A stretch of DNA of 30,837 bases, taken from NCBI GenBank assembly GCA_963703955.1, contig CAVPGK010000025.1, positions 1-30,837 of the forward strand. Reading direction: 5' to 3'. Positions 8,340 to 19,410 of the stretch are shown here, piece after piece. Within the stretch, counting starts at the first letter, position 1, and each line of letters begins with the position of its first letter. The stretch is from Nitrospirota bacterium. GTDB lineage: Bacteria > Nitrospirota > Nitrospiria > Nitrospirales > Nitrospiraceae. Made by a program: the position numbers and the translations under genes. The notes beneath the pieces are model-generated. The model did not search any database. It saw only the letters and a program-made list of their open reading frames with translations, and was not told the origin of the DNA.

Positions 8340-9902
8340 ATGCACAAAGCGTTGTGGCGGCTAGGCGCAAGTTTGGGCATATTTCTCGTGGCCATCGCTC
8401 TCGCAGTGGCCTTTGTCGACGACCCACTTCGTGCCTATGCGGAGAGAGAATTCAATCGGCACCTGCAGGGGTACACTCTTCAAATTGGCGCGTTACATTT
8501 TCATCCCATCGGGCTCTCGATTGATCTCGAAAACGCAAGACTGGTACAGAACGAGCATCCGGATCCTCCTGTCTTCGACATTCCGAAATGGCACGCCAGC
8601 CTCCATTGGGGCGCGTTGCTACGTGGTCAGGTTGTCAGCGATCATGCAGTCGACAGCCCGATCCTGCACATGACCCGCCCGCAAGCGAAGAAGGAGATCA
8701 AAGACCCGGAATTGATCGAGAAAAAGGCCTGGCAGGAAATTGTCCTGGCTCTCTATCCTCTCCACATCAGTGTCTTGACGGTTGCCGACGCCACGATCAC
8801 TTATCTCGACACCCCCAAAGCTCAGCCCGTGCAGATTACACATCTGAATATTCGCGCGGAGAACATCCGAAACACCGCATCCAAGGACGGGGTGTATCCG
8901 TCAACAGTCCACCTCGACGCCATTCTGTTCGATTCCGGGCGGATGATCGTCGACGGCTCGGCTGATTTTCTCTCGGCACCCCAGATGGGTCTCAATGCAG
9001 ATGTGGTGCTGGAAGAGGTTAAGCTTGAGCAGTTGCTGCCGCTGACGGGCCGGGTGAATCTGCAGCTTCGGAAGGGAGTGATCTCGGCGACGGGCCATGC
9101 CGAGTATTCACCGTATGCCAAGGTCGTGGAACTCAAGGATCTCGTGCTGGATGGGGTCCACCTGGACTATGTGCATGCCACCGCCACCAAAGAGTCGGAA
9201 AAGCACGTGGCGGCTCAGACGGCACAGGCGGCCGAGGAACTGAGTAACCATCCCGAATGGCTGGTCCGTATTGACCGGGGGAAAATTCTGAACAGTGAAT
9301 TCGGATTCGTCAATACCGCGGCTCGTCCGCCCTATCGGGTCTTTCTCACCGACACGAATATTGGACTGGCTAATTTCAGCAACCAACTGTCGGAAGGGAC
9401 GGCGTATGTCAAGCTGACGGGAAAATTTATGGGATCCGGCCTAACCCAGGCCAGTGGAACGTTCCGGCCGGAAACCAGGTCGCCGGATTTTGATTTCCAC
9501 ATTCGGATGGTCCACACGAAGATGCAGGCTTTCAACGATGTGCTGCGAGCCTATGGGAATTTCGATGTGGTCAAAGGAGCCTTTTCACTGTTTACGGAAC
9601 TGAGAGTCAAAGACGGCACGATCACAGGGTATGTCAAGCCCTTGTTCAAAGACGTGGAGGTCTATGATCCGGCTCAAGACCGGGACAAAGGGCTGCTCCA
9701 GACCGTGTTCGAGGGCGTGATTGGCGGCGTCACGGACCTGCTCAAGAACAGGCCGCGCGAAGAGGTGGCCACGAAAGTCGACGTATCGGGGCCGGTGAAG
9801 CAGCCCAAGGCGAGCACGTGGCAAATCGTCGTACATCTGATCCAGAACGCCTTCTTCAAGGCGATCCTACCCGGGTTTGAAAAAGAGGCCAAAAACGCCT
9901 AG
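8340..9902 (+). CDS. DUF748 / AsmA-like envelope protein
   Basis: N-terminal TM anchor, repeated beta-rich segments, C-terminal GYVKPLFKDVEVYD...KNRPREEVATKVDVSG...LIQNAFFKAILPGF. Confidence 0.82.
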   Translation: MHKALWRLGASLGIFLVAIALAVAFVDDPLRAYAEREFNRHLQGYTLQIGALHFHPIGLSIDLENARLVQNEHPDPPVFDIPKWHASLHWGALLRGQVVSDHAVDSPILHMTRPQAKKEIKDPELIEKKAWQEIVLALYPLHISVLTVADATITYLDTPKAQPVQITHLNIRAENIRNTASKDGVYPSTVHLDAILFDSGRMIVDGSADFLSAPQMGLNADVVLEEVKLEQLLPLTGRVNLQLRKGVISATGHAEYSPYAKVVELKDLVLDGVHLDYVHATATKESEKHVAAQTAQAAEELSNHPEWLVRIDRGKILNSEFGFVNTAARPPYRVFLTDTNIGLANFSNQLSEGTAYVKLTGKFMGSGLTQASGTFRPETRSPDFDFHIRMVHTKMQAFNDVLRAYGNFDVVKGAFSLFTELRVKDGTITGYVKPLFKDVEVYDPAQDRDKGLLQTVFEGVIGGVTDLLKNRPREEVATKVDVSGPVKQPKASTWQIVVHLIQNAFFKAILPGFEKEAKNA

Positions 9903-10045
9903 CTGACCGAAGTGGATAGAAGAGACCCCGGGACAGGGGGCATTACGTGCTCCTTTATTGGCCAAGAATTAATTGGCCGTAGGCCTAGGAGATGGGCTCG
10001 GCAGACGCATATAGGTTTGAGGGTGAGCTCTCTCATTGTGGATTG

Positions 10046-10453
10046 ATGAGCAATCTGGCCGGTTCCGTACCACGTCTGATCCTCGTCATCGACGACGATT
10101 TCGATACTCGAAAGATCTTGCGCGATCGGCTGACGGCCATGGGGTTCGATGTGGTCGGGGCGAGGAGCGGGTATCATGGGCTCGCTCTCCTCGAGGAACA
10201 TGTGTCGAACAGATGTCAACCGGACGGCATACTCTTGAATCTGGAGATGCCCCGTCTTGACGGCCTAGCCGTGCTTCGGAGAGTGAAAGAACACTTCAGT
10301 CAGATCCCTGTCATCATCATGACCTCCGCGTCCAATACCTCGCGATTGGAAGAAGTCCTTCGAGAGGGCGCACGAGATATTGTGATGAAGCCGTTTGATC
10401 CCATCTTGTTGCGGGAGAAATGTCTTCAGCATTTCATTCCCTCCTCACGTTGA
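10046..10453 (+). CDS. Stand-alone receiver-domain protein with Asn at the phospho-acceptor position
   Basis: ILVIDDD...DGILLNLEMPRLDG...IIMTS...MKPF. Confidence 0.85.
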   Translation: MSNLAGSVPRLILVIDDDFDTRKILRDRLTAMGFDVVGARSGYHGLALLEEHVSNRCQPDGILLNLEMPRLDGLAVLRRVKEHFSQIPVIIMTSASNTSRLEEVLREGARDIVMKPFDPILLREKCLQHFIPSSR

Positions 10454-10489
10454 GGTGCCTCACGGCCACCGACGACCCGTGTCAATGAA

Positions 10490-10870
10490 CCTCTTCGGGA
10501 TCGCGTCCGATTGACCGACGACCCAGAGGTCTTACCGATCACCCTTTGTCCTGTCGCGGGCCGATGGAGGGGGGTGTCGGTTAGCGTCCGGCTCCACGAT
10601 TGATATAAAAGCTCGCATCGACATGGCCGATCGATAAGAGGTGCTCTTGCGTCGTTTGCTCGCCTTGGCCGACTGCTTCAAGGATGCGGCAATCTTTCGC
10701 GGACTTCGTGAAGAGAAGATTCCCCCCTTCAGGTCCAGCGCATCACTGTGCTGCATCACATCTGCGGACCAATACCGACGAGCCCCTTCGCCCCGTTGGT
10801 AGACGCGTATTGCTCCGGGGGCGCTGCGCTGCGATCAGCTACGAAAAAAAGGAGGCCAAAGCTTACTCAT
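10490..10870 (-). pseudogene. DUF3175 domain protein, frameshifted; ends approximate
   Basis: RYWSADVMQHSDALDLKGGIF...KIAASLKQSAKASKRRKSTSYRSAMSM, after which the frame breaks where FYINR is expected. Confidence 0.7.
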
Positions 10871-11317
10871 CAGACGTGACGTTTCTTTCCGTCGCATTAA
10901 AGCGTCCACTTCTCATCGACCGAAAGGGTCTTGCCTGACTTTCACTTTGGCCTCCACAAATCTAAACATAGTATTTCGCTGCGGCTTGAAGTATCGGCGG
11001 CAATCCCTTTTCGTTGTAAAGCTTGCAGGCAGCCCGGCGATCAACAAGGCGTCGTACTTTCATCTGTTCTCCTCCTTCTTTTTTCTTTTACTATTAGAGA
11101 GTTGCCCGTCATGCTGAGAAGAGGCAGCTAAGTACGGTGAAGCCTCTTTGTCTTGATCATATGATAGAGCACTCGCTTGGACTCGGCTGTCAGTGAAATG
11201 TTTTTTTGATGTCGGTGAATGCCAGGTTTTTGGTCCTCAATCCGGACGGCGAGGATAGGTCTAGATGTGCGTACGAGACTGTGGAATTCCGGATACTGCG
11301 GGTAAGAGCGCCTTCCC

Positions 11318-11334
11318 GTCATCCTTTGTCCTAC
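11318..11334. promoter_or_regulatory. Putative regulator box GTCAT-N7-CCTAC upstream of the kinase operon
   Basis: 17-bp box ~130 bp before ATG 11464, with a weaker neighbour at 11342-11358. Confidence 0.4.
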
Positions 11335-11463
11335 ACTGAATTAGGGATTTCTGCTGACTCTGTTAAAGGCTTCCTTAGGCTATTCTCTTCTGGTTTTCCT
11401 CTTATCGAGGTGACTGTCGCATCTTCCGCTTTTTTCTGGTCAGCGTGCCAAAGGAGGCATCGC

Positions 11464-14400
11464 ATGTTAGTCAAGGAACGGCAAACAGAATCGCACCTCA
11501 ATGCTGCTGCATTGTTGACCACGCTGCAAGCCTTCGGAAAGGGCGATTTCGGAGTGCGGATGCGAGGACCGCGCACCGGTTTGGCCGGGGAGATTTCGGC
11601 TGCCTTGAATGACATTTTTGAGCAAAACGAACGCCTGAGCGAAGAGCTTGTGCGGCTGAGTAAGGCTGTCGGCAAGGAGGGCAAAATCGGGGAGCGGGCC
11701 GCGATCGGCAACATTAGCGGGTCGTGGGGCGTGTGTGTGGATTCGGTGAACTCACTGATCACCGATCTCGTCAAACCCACATCCGAGGTGACCCGCGTCA
11801 TTGGGGCGGTAGCAAAAGGCGACCTCACGCAGTCCATTTCCCTTGAGACCGACGGTAGGCCTATCAAGGGTGAGTTTCTACGCACCGCGAAACTGGTCAA
11901 TGTCATGGTGGATCAGTTGAACTCCTTCGCGTCCGAGGTGACCCGCGTGGCGCGCGAGGTGGGCACGGAAGGCAAACTCGGCGGTCAGGCGGATGTCAAG
12001 GGCGTAGCTGGCACGTGGAAGGACCTCACCGACAACGTCAATTACATGGCCAGCAACCTGACCAGCCAGGTGCGGAACATCGCGCAGGTGACCACGGCGG
12101 TGGCGACCGGCGATCTCTCGAAGAAGATTACCGTGGAAGCGCGCGGCGAAATCCTCGAGCTGAAGAACACGATCAACGTGATGGTGGATCAGTTGAACTC
12201 CTTCGCGTCGGAAGTGACCCGGGTTGCGCGCGAGGTCGGCACGGAAGGCAAGCTGGGTGGCCAGGCTATCGTGAAAGGGATGGGCGGGATATGGAAGGAC
12301 CTCACCGATAACGTCAACTACATGGCCAGCAACCTGACCAGCCAGGTGCGGAACATTGCTCTGGTGACGACTGCGGTGGCGACCGGCGATCTCTCGAAGA
12401 AGATTACCGTAGACGTGCGTGGTGAGATTCTCGAATTGAAGAATACGATCAACGTCATGGTGGACCAGTTGAACTCCTTCGCGTCGGAAGTGACGCGGGT
12501 TGCGCGCGAGGTGGGCACGGAAGGGAAACTGGGCGCTCAGGCGGATGTACGCGGAGTAGCCGGCACGTGGAAGGACCTCACTGATAGCGTCAATTATATG
12601 GCGAGCAACCTCACGAGCCAGGTGCGGAACATCGCGCAGGTGACCACGGCGGTGGCCAACGGTGACCTCTCGAAGAAGATCACGGTGGAGGTGAAGGGCG
12701 AGATCCTCGAGTTGAAGAACACGATCAACGTGATGGTGGACCAGTTGAATTCGTTCGCGAGGGAGGTCATCCGAGTCGCTCGCGATGTCGGGACAGAAGG
12801 CAAGCTCGGTGGGCAGGCCGAGGTGCGGGGCGTGGCCGGCACGTGGAAGGACCTCACCGATAACGTCAACTGGATGGCCGGCAATCTGACGAGCCAGGTG
12901 CGGAACATTGCCCAGGTGGCGACGGCGGTGGCCAGCGGCGACCTGTCGAAAAAGATCACCGTGGAGGTGAAGGGCGAGATCCTGGAGTTGAAGAACACGA
13001 TCAACGTGATGGTGGATCAGTTGAATTCGTTCGCATCGGAGGTGACGCGTGTTGCCCGCGAAGTGGGCACTGAGGGCAAGCTGGGTGGGCAGGCCGAGGT
13101 GAAAGGCGTGGCCGGAACCTGGAAAGACCTCACCGACAACGTGAACCTTATGGGCAGCAACCTGCGAAACCAGGTGCGGAACATTGCCCAGGTGGCGACG
13201 GCGGTGGCCAACGGCGACCTCTCGAAAAAGATCACCGTCGAAGTACGCGGCGAGATTCTCGAATTGAAGAACACGATCAACGTGATGGTGGATCAGTTGA
13301 ACTCCTTTGCCTCGGAGGTGACCCGCGTCGCGCGTGAGGTCGGCACGGAAGGAAAGCTCGGCGGCCAGGCGGTCGTCAAAGGGGTGGCCGGCACGTGGAA
13401 GGACCTCACCGACAACGTCAACTATATGGCCAGCAATCTCACGAACCAGGTGCGGAACATCGCCGGTGTGACGACGGCGGTAGCCAACGGCGATCTGTCG
13501 AAAAAGATCACGGTGGAGGTGAAGGGCGAGATCCTGGAGTTGAAGAACACGATCAACGTGATGGTGGATCAGTTGAACTCGTTCGCGTCGGAGGTGACGC
13601 GCGTCGCCCGCGACGTAGGCACGGAAGGAAAGCTCGGCGCCCAGGCGGTCGTCAAAGGGGTGGCCGGCACGTGGAAAGATCTCACCGATAACGTCAATCT
13701 CATGGCGAGCAATCTGACCAGCCAGGTGCGGAACATCGCCGGCGTGACGACGGCGGTGGCCAACGGCGATCTGTCGAAAAAGATCACGGTGGAGGTGAAG
13801 GGCGAGATCCTGGAGTTGAAGAACACGATCAACGTGATGGTGGATCAGTTGAATTCGTTCGCGTCGGAGGTGACGCGTGTTGCCCGCGAGGTGGGCACCG
13901 AGGGCAAGCTGGGCGGACAGGCCGAGGTGAAAGGCGTGGCAGGAACCTGGAAGGACCTCACGGATAACGTGAACTCGATGGCCGGCAATCTCACCAGCCA
14001 GGTCCGAGGGATCGCGAAGGTCGTGACCGCGGTCGCGAGCGGCGATCTCAAACGAAAACTCACGGTGGAAACGAAAGGTGAAATCGCGGCATTGGCCGAT
14101 ACGATCAACGAAATGATCGAGACGCTCGCGACGTTCGCCGATCAGGTCACGACCGTCGCGCGCGAGGTGGGCACCGAGGGCAAACTGGGCGGACAGGCCA
14201 AGGTGCCGGGCGCTGCCGGTCTCTGGAAAGATCTCACGGACAACGTTAATCAGCTCGCCGCCAACCTGACCAATCAGGTGCGCGCGATCGCGGAGGTTGC
14301 GACCGCCGTCACCAAGGGTGACCTAACCCGGTCCATTGCCGTCGAAGCGCTGGGCGAAGTAGCGGCCTTGAAAGACAACATCAACGAGATGATCCGCAAC

Positions 14401-17253
14401 CTCAAGGAAACGACGCAGAAGAACACGGAACAGGACTGGCTGAAGACCAACTTGGCCCAGTTCACCAACAAAATGCAGGGGCAAAAGAATCTGACGACTG
14501 TCGCCAATCTCATCCTATCGGAGCTTACGCCCCTGGTTAATGCGCATCACGGCGTCTTCTATCTTAATGAACCCGCGGATGGAACCCCGGTGATGAAGCT
14601 GCTCGGCAGTTACGCCTATCGCGAACGCAAAGGCCTGCCGACTCAGTTCAGGGCCGGGGAGGGACTTATCGGGCAATGCGCGCTCGAAAAGGAGCGTATT
14701 GTGATGACCGATGTGCCCTCGGATTACATCCAGATCAGCTCGGGGTTGGGCAATGCCTCGCCGTATAACATCGTGGTGCTTCCCGTGCTGTTCGAGGGCG
14801 AGGTGAAAGCCGTCTTGGAACTCGCATCCTTCAATCGGTACAGCGACATCCACCTGACCTTCCTTGACCAGCTCAAACAGACTATCGGGATCGTGTTGAA
14901 TACGATCGCTGCGAACATGCGGACGGAAGACTTGCTGAAGCAGTCCCAAGCGCTGACGGCCGAGTTACAAAGTCAGCAGCACGAGCTCAAGACCACCAAC
15001 GAGCGGCTGGAGCGACAGGCCGAGACACTTCGAACCTCCGAAGACCTGTTGCGGACGCAACAAGAAGAGCTACGACAGTCCAACGAGCAGTTGGAAGAGA
15101 AGGCCAATCTGCTCAGCCAGCAGAATATACAGGTGGAAACGAAAAACCGAGAGGTCGAAGAGGCGCGTAAAGCGCTCGAGGAAAAGGCCGAGCAGTTGGC
15201 CCTCTCCTCCAAATACAAGTCCGAATTCTTGGCGAACATGTCCCACGAGCTACGGACACCGCTCAACAGCCTATTGATTCTCTCCAAGCTGTTGGCCGAC
15301 AACCGCGACGGGACGCTGACCCCTAAACAGGTCGAATTCGCGCAGACCATCCAGGCGTCCGGCAGCGATTTGCTGGCGTTGATCAACGACATTTTGGATC
15401 TGGCCAAGATCGAGTCAGGCACGATGGGAGTGGCGGTCAACTCGGTAGGCTTCGCCGAACTGACCGATTATGTGGATCGAACCTTCCGTGAGGTGGCTCA
15501 GAATAAAGGACTGACTTTCGACATCGAGCGCATTCCGGGATTGCCCTCCGCAATTCAGACCGATCCTATGCGGTTGCAGCAGGTCCTCAAGAATCTGATT
15601 TCCAACGCGATCAAGTTCACGTCGCACGGGACCGTATCCTTGCGTATCGAAAAAGTGTCGTCCGGCTGGGACCGTGGACATATGGTGTTGAATCAGGCCG
15701 ATGCCGTCCTGGCCTTTTCCGTGACGGACACGGGTATCGGCATTGCGGCCGATAAGCAGAAAATTATTTTCGAAGCCTTCCAACAAGCTGATGGGACCAC
15801 GAGTCGAAAGTACGGTGGAACAGGCTTGGGTCTCTCGATCAGTCGAGAGATCGCCAGGTTACTCGGTGGAGAGATCCAAGTCCGGAGCACGGTTGGAAGA
15901 GGCAGCGTGTTTACCTTCTATCTGCCACGCGTGTACAGCCCGGCAGTCGTGTTGCCTCGAACGTCGGTCCCGGTGCTCATCTCCAAAGAGACCATTCCTG
16001 TTCCTACTGCTGGACCTGCGCAGGTAGAATTGGTGGCGCCGGTGGAGATTTCGGACGATCGATCGAATATCGAGACGGACGATCGAGTCTTGCTGATCGT
16101 TGAGGACGATACGTCCTTTGCCCAAATTCTGTTGGATCTCGCACGCGAGAAGGGCTTCAAAGGATTGATCGCGACGAGCGGGGAGGCCGGTTTGGGCCTA
16201 GCGCGGAGGTTCAAACCTGCCGCCATGACCTTGGACCTCTGTTTACCAGACAAGGATGGCTGGACCATTCTGGACCGATTGAAACACGACCCGCTCACCC
16301 GCCATATCCCGGTCCATATCATCTCCGTCGAGGAGGCGCGGCAGCGCGGCCTCAAACAGGGGGCAATCGGCTATCTCAACAAGCCGGTCAGCCGCGACTG
16401 GTTGGAAAAGGCGTTCGATGACATGGTGTCCTTCATTGAACGGCCGGCCAAGAACCTTCTCATCGTGGAAGACGATGAGGCTCAACGACGCAGTATTCTG
16501 GAGTTGATCGGCGGCGGAGATGTGCAGACGACCGCCGTAGGTTCCGGCGCCGAGGCTATCGAGGCGTTGAGACACGGTTTCTTTGACTGCCTGGTCTTGG
16601 ACCTTCGATTGCCCGACATGACAGGTCAGCACCTCATCGAAACGATTCACAGTGAGTTCGGCCGGCGAAATCTGCCGATCATCGTCTACACCGGCAAAGA
16701 GTTGTCCCGAAATGAGGAGAGTCAGCTCAAAAAACTGACGGAGGCCATCATTATTAAAGATGTCCGGTCGCCGGAGCGTCTCCTCGATGAAACTTCACTG
16801 TTCTTGCATCGCGCCTCTCACAGCTTGGCTACCTCTCAACAGCGGATGCTCGAGCAACTGCACCAGATGGATCCGGCCCTCGCCGGCAAGAGGGTTCTCA
16901 TTATCGACGACGACATTCGGAACATCTTTGCGCTCACCAGCGTGCTGGAGACGCACGAAGTGCAGGTGATATACGCGGAAAACGGTCAGGATGGGATTGC
17001 ACAACTGACCCAAACACGTGGTATCGACGTGATTCTCATGGATATCATGATGCCGGATATGGATGGGTACCAGACGATGCAGGCGATTCGAAAGATGCCG
17101 GAATTTGCCTCACTGCCCATTATTGCGGTAACGGCGAAGGCGATGAAAACAGACCGCGCCAAGTGCATTGAAGCCGGCGCGTCGGACTACATTTCCAAGC
17201 CGGTCGATCCGGAGACGCTGGTGTCTTTGCTGCGAGTGTGGTTGTACCGATAG
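11464..17253 (+). CDS. Poly-HAMP hybrid sensor histidine kinase (HAMP array-GAF-coiled coil-HisKA-HATPase-3xREC), OsaA/Nik1-like architecture
   Basis: AGGAGG RBS at ATG 11464. 92-aa repeats, GAF ([12 protein letters not shown]), H-box [12 protein letters not shown]-box [23 protein letters not shown], and three REC domains each retaining Asp. No TM segment seen. Confidence 0.95.
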   Translation: MLVKERQTESHLNAAALLTTLQAFGKGDFGVRMRGPRTGLAGEISAALNDIFEQNERLSEELVRLSKAVGKEGKIGERAAIGNISGSWGVCVDSVNSLITDLVKPTSEVTRVIGAVAKGDLTQSISLETDGRPIKGEFLRTAKLVNVMVDQLNSFASEVTRVAREVGTEGKLGGQADVKGVAGTWKDLTDNVNYMASNLTSQVRNIAQVTTAVATGDLSKKITVEARGEILELKNTINVMVDQLNSFASEVTRVAREVGTEGKLGGQAIVKGMGGIWKDLTDNVNYMASNLTSQVRNIALVTTAVATGDLSKKITVDVRGEILELKNTINVMVDQLNSFASEVTRVAREVGTEGKLGAQADVRGVAGTWKDLTDSVNYMASNLTSQVRNIAQVTTAVANGDLSKKITVEVKGEILELKNTINVMVDQLNSFAREVIRVARDVGTEGKLGGQAEVRGVAGTWKDLTDNVNWMAGNLTSQVRNIAQVATAVASGDLSKKITVEVKGEILELKNTINVMVDQLNSFASEVTRVAREVGTEGKLGGQAEVKGVAGTWKDLTDNVNLMGSNLRNQVRNIAQVATAVANGDLSKKITVEVRGEILELKNTINVMVDQLNSFASEVTRVAREVGTEGKLGGQAVVKGVAGTWKDLTDNVNYMASNLTNQVRNIAGVTTAVANGDLSKKITVEVKGEILELKNTINVMVDQLNSFASEVTRVARDVGTEGKLGAQAVVKGVAGTWKDLTDNVNLMASNLTSQVRNIAGVTTAVANGDLSKKITVEVKGEILELKNTINVMVDQLNSFASEVTRVAREVGTEGKLGGQAEVKGVAGTWKDLTDNVNSMAGNLTSQVRGIAKVVTAVASGDLKRKLTVETKGEIAALADTINEMIETLATFADQVTTVAREVGTEGKLGGQAKVPGAAGLWKDLTDNVNQLAANLTNQVRAIAEVATAVTKGDLTRSIAVEALGEVAALKDNINEMIRNLKETTQKNTEQDWLKTNLAQFTNKMQGQKNLTTVANLILSELTPLVNAHHGVFYLNEPADGTPVMKLLGSYAYRERKGLPTQFRAGEGLIGQCALEKERIVMTDVPSDYIQISSGLGNASPYNIVVLPVLFEGEVKAVLELASFNRYSDIHLTFLDQLKQTIGIVLNTIAANMRTEDLLKQSQALTAELQSQQHELKTTNERLERQAETLRTSEDLLRTQQEELRQSNEQLEEKANLLSQQNIQVETKNREVEEARKALEEKAEQLALSSKYKSEFLANMSHELRTPLNSLLILSKLLADNRDGTLTPKQVEFAQTIQASGSDLLALINDILDLAKIESGTMGVAVNSVGFAELTDYVDRTFREVAQNKGLTFDIERIPGLPSAIQTDPMRLQQVLKNLISNAIKFTSHGTVSLRIEKVSSGWDRGHMVLNQADAVLAFSVTDTGIGIAADKQKIIFEAFQQADGTTSRKYGGTGLGLSISREIARLLGGEIQVRSTVGRGSVFTFYLPRVYSPAVVLPRTSVPVLISKETIPVPTAGPAQVELVAPVEISDDRSNIETDDRVLLIVEDDTSFAQILLDLAREKGFKGLIATSGEAGLGLARRFKPAAMTLDLCLPDKDGWTILDRLKHDPLTRHIPVHIISVEEARQRGLKQGAIGYLNKPVSRDWLEKAFDDMVSFIERPAKNLLIVEDDEAQRRSILELIGGGDVQTTAVGSGAEAIEALRHGFFDCLVLDLRLPDMTGQHLIETIHSEFGRRNLPIIVYTGKELSRNEESQLKKLTEAIIIKDVRSPERLLDETSLFLHRASHSLATSQQRMLEQLHQMDPALAGKRVLIIDDDIRNIFALTSVLETHEVQVIYAENGQDGIAQLTQTRGIDVILMDIMMPDMDGYQTMQAIRKMPEFASLPIIAVTAKAMKTDRAKCIEAGASDYISKPVDPETLVSLLRVWLYR
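11905..14388 (+). repeat. Intragenic tandem array of nine 276-bp (92-aa) poly-HAMP units, preceded by one degenerate unit
   Basis: Unit starts at 11905, 12181, 12457, 12733, 13009, 13285, 13561, 13837 and 14113, at an exact 276-bp period. Confidence 0.95.
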
Positions 17254-17256
17254 CGG

Positions 17257-18120
17257 ATGCTGAGGAGTTTAGAGATCGTGCAATCGGTGCATGAATCCAT
17301 TGTGGAGGAGGCCGAAGTCCGTTTACTGTTAGATGGGCTACTGCATTGTTATGGATTCGATTTCCGCGAGTATGAGCCGACTTCGCTCAAGCGGCGCATC
17401 TGGGAGCAAGTTCATGCGGAGGGTCTCCGGACGATTTCAGGATTGCAGGAAAAGATCTTGCACGATTCTCCGTCGTTGGAACGCTTGTTATTATCCCTCT
17501 CGGTGCGTGTCTCTCCCATGTTTACCGACTGCGCCTTTTATCGGACCTTCCGGGCTGCCATTGTGCCGATCCTACGCACCTATCCCTCAATCGATATTTG
17601 GTTTCCGGCCTGCTCGACCGGCGAGGAGGTCTATGCGTTGGCGATTGTCCTGCATGAGCAGGGGCTTTCTCACAGAGCTCGATTATACGCGTCGGACCTC
17701 AGCGAAGCCGTTTTCAGAAACGCCAAGGATGGGCGGTTCGCGCTTAGGGACATGGCAGAAAGTGCAGTGAACTATCGGCTTGCTGGGGGAATGGGTCTCC
17801 TCTCGGACTATTACGCTATCGAACGTGAGCACGCCGTGATGTTGCCTAAGCTCAAGGACAACATCGTGTTCAGCGAGCATAGTTTGGCAACGGACGCCGG
17901 CTTCCACGAATTCCAAACCATTGTGTGCCGAAAGACCTTATCCTCATTCAATGACGGGTTGCGTGAACGAGTCCATGCCTTGTTCGTACAGAGCTTGAGT
18001 CGTTTCGGCGTTCTGGGACTCGGCAATGACGACCTGACGGCTTGGCAGATGGACGCCCATCGGTATGAAGTGATCGGAAGCGGCTGGTGCCGGAAGACGG
18101 CCGTATGTATGGAGGTCTAA
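17257..18120 (+). CDS. cheR: CheR-family methyltransferase-like protein with degenerate active-site motifs
   Basis: YGFDFREY..SLKRRI, CSTGEEVY, LYASDL. However, FRD is FTD and CRNVLIYF is CRKTLSSF. Confidence 0.85.
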   Translation: MLRSLEIVQSVHESIVEEAEVRLLLDGLLHCYGFDFREYEPTSLKRRIWEQVHAEGLRTISGLQEKILHDSPSLERLLLSLSVRVSPMFTDCAFYRTFRAAIVPILRTYPSIDIWFPACSTGEEVYALAIVLHEQGLSHRARLYASDLSEAVFRNAKDGRFALRDMAESAVNYRLAGGMGLLSDYYAIEREHAVMLPKLKDNIVFSEHSLATDAGFHEFQTIVCRKTLSSFNDGLRERVHALFVQSLSRFGVLGLGNDDLTAWQMDAHRYEVIGSGWCRKTAVCMEV

Positions 18121-19125
18121 ATGACGTCCGCGAAGCAACAGAGTCGACAAGGAATGGAAACTCTGCCCGGATGCCTCAACCCTTCCGGAAAAGCGGCCAT
18201 CCTTATTGTTGATGACAATGCTCAGAATCTGATGGCCCTTGAAGCCATTCTGGCCGGGCCCGATCGCAATGTGATGGCGGTATCCTCCGGTGAGCACGCG
18301 TTGAAATATCTGTTGCAAGAGGAGTGTTGTGTGGTGGTCCTGGATGTAAAAATGGAGGGGCTGGATGGATACGAGACTGCGGCACTGATCCGCAGTCGTG
18401 AGCGAACGCGCGATCTCCCGATCATTTTTGTGACCAGTTATAGTAAAGAGGAGGCGGACGTCATCAAAGGCTACTCCTACGGCGCGGTCGACTACATCTT
18501 CAAACCGATCGTCCCGGAAATCCTGCTCTCCAAGATCAACGTCTTCGTGGAATTGTACAAGAAAAGGGCGGACCTAAAGCGCAAGAACGAGGAACTGGAG
18601 CGGGCCGAGACTGAATTGATGCGAACCAAGGCGGCGGAAAGTTTGATCAAGCATGCACCGGACCCGCTGTTCGTGTCGGATCTGCAAGGTCATATCCTTC
18701 AAGTGAATGACGCCGCCTCAGACCTGCTGGGCCTCCGCGCAGAAGAATTAGTCGAGCAATCTATCTCACAGTTTATTCCGCCGCAGGAGACGCAGGAATT
18801 CATCGGCGCGCTGCGGGAGGTTGTCGAGCGAGGGGTCACCCGCAACCTACGCCTGAATCCCCGAAACTCCGTGGGCGAGATTATCCCTACCATGCTCAAT
18901 GCGTCCGCCTTGCGGGACCAGGAAGGGAAAGTAATCGGGGCGATCGGCATTTTAAGGGATATGCGCGCCTACGAGGCGGTGATGCGCGATCTTGAGAAGT
19001 CGCAAGCCTCATTGATCGACAAGATCCGTGACCTCGAGAAATTCGAAGAAGTGGTCGTGGGACGAGAACTCAAGATGATAGCCATGGAAAAAGAACTGGC
19101 GAAACTCAAAAGAGGTGAGGCCTAG
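18121..19125 (+). CDS. REC-PAS protein with a 'VVGREL' tail; no kinase or DNA-binding output
   Basis: ILIVDD..VLDVKM..FVTS..FKP, a coiled coil, PAS (APDPLFVSD..VNDAA..GILRD), then DLEKFEEVVVGRELKMIAMEKEL. Confidence 0.9.
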   Translation: MTSAKQQSRQGMETLPGCLNPSGKAAILIVDDNAQNLMALEAILAGPDRNVMAVSSGEHALKYLLQEECCVVVLDVKMEGLDGYETAALIRSRERTRDLPIIFVTSYSKEEADVIKGYSYGAVDYIFKPIVPEILLSKINVFVELYKKRADLKRKNEELERAETELMRTKAAESLIKHAPDPLFVSDLQGHILQVNDAASDLLGLRAEELVEQSISQFIPPQETQEFIGALREVVERGVTRNLRLNPRNSVGEIIPTMLNASALRDQEGKVIGAIGILRDMRAYEAVMRDLEKSQASLIDKIRDLEKFEEVVVGRELKMIAMEKELAKLKRGEA

Positions 19126-19302
19126 GTTAAAAATGACGTGATCTATCGCTAAATCCCAACTTCAACCTACCTAGCCTCAACTTCATGCATATCCACTCCT
19201 ATCACCGGTGCTGGCCGTCGTTTCATCCGATGCTGATCCTTGCCTTGAACCAATCACGAGCGAAATACCCGTCGTCCCACGAGTAAGCCTGTTCGCCCTC
19301 CT

Positions 19303-19342
19303 GTCAGATGATCGCCGACTCTTCCATAGGGGGTTTTCCTAT
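19303..19342. promoter_or_regulatory. Tandem putative regulator boxes GTCAG-N7-CCGAC and ATAGG-N7-CCTAT
   Basis: Located at 19303-19319 and 19326-19342, ~70 bp upstream of ATG 19411. Confidence 0.55.
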
Positions 19343-19410
19343 AGTCTGTGGATCGGGTGTCGGTGATGATAGCGGCAGCCTGTTCCTGCGCTGAAGGGCG
19401 AAAGTTTGCT

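Noticed and set aside
10468..10524. Short direct repeat ACCGACGACCC between convergent genes
   Set aside because: 11 bp, two copies, no element or hairpin associated. Could be chance.
11206..11463. N-terminal extension of the kinase given by the ORF track
   Set aside because: A strong AGGAGG RBS precedes ATG 11464, and the upstream stretch looks like promoter DNA containing the palindrome box.
11905..14388. Repeat array as CRISPR or mobile element; antisense ORFs ([11 protein letters not shown]...) as genes
   Set aside because: The repeats are in-frame HAMP coding units. The antisense and alternate-frame ORFs are shadows of that repeat.
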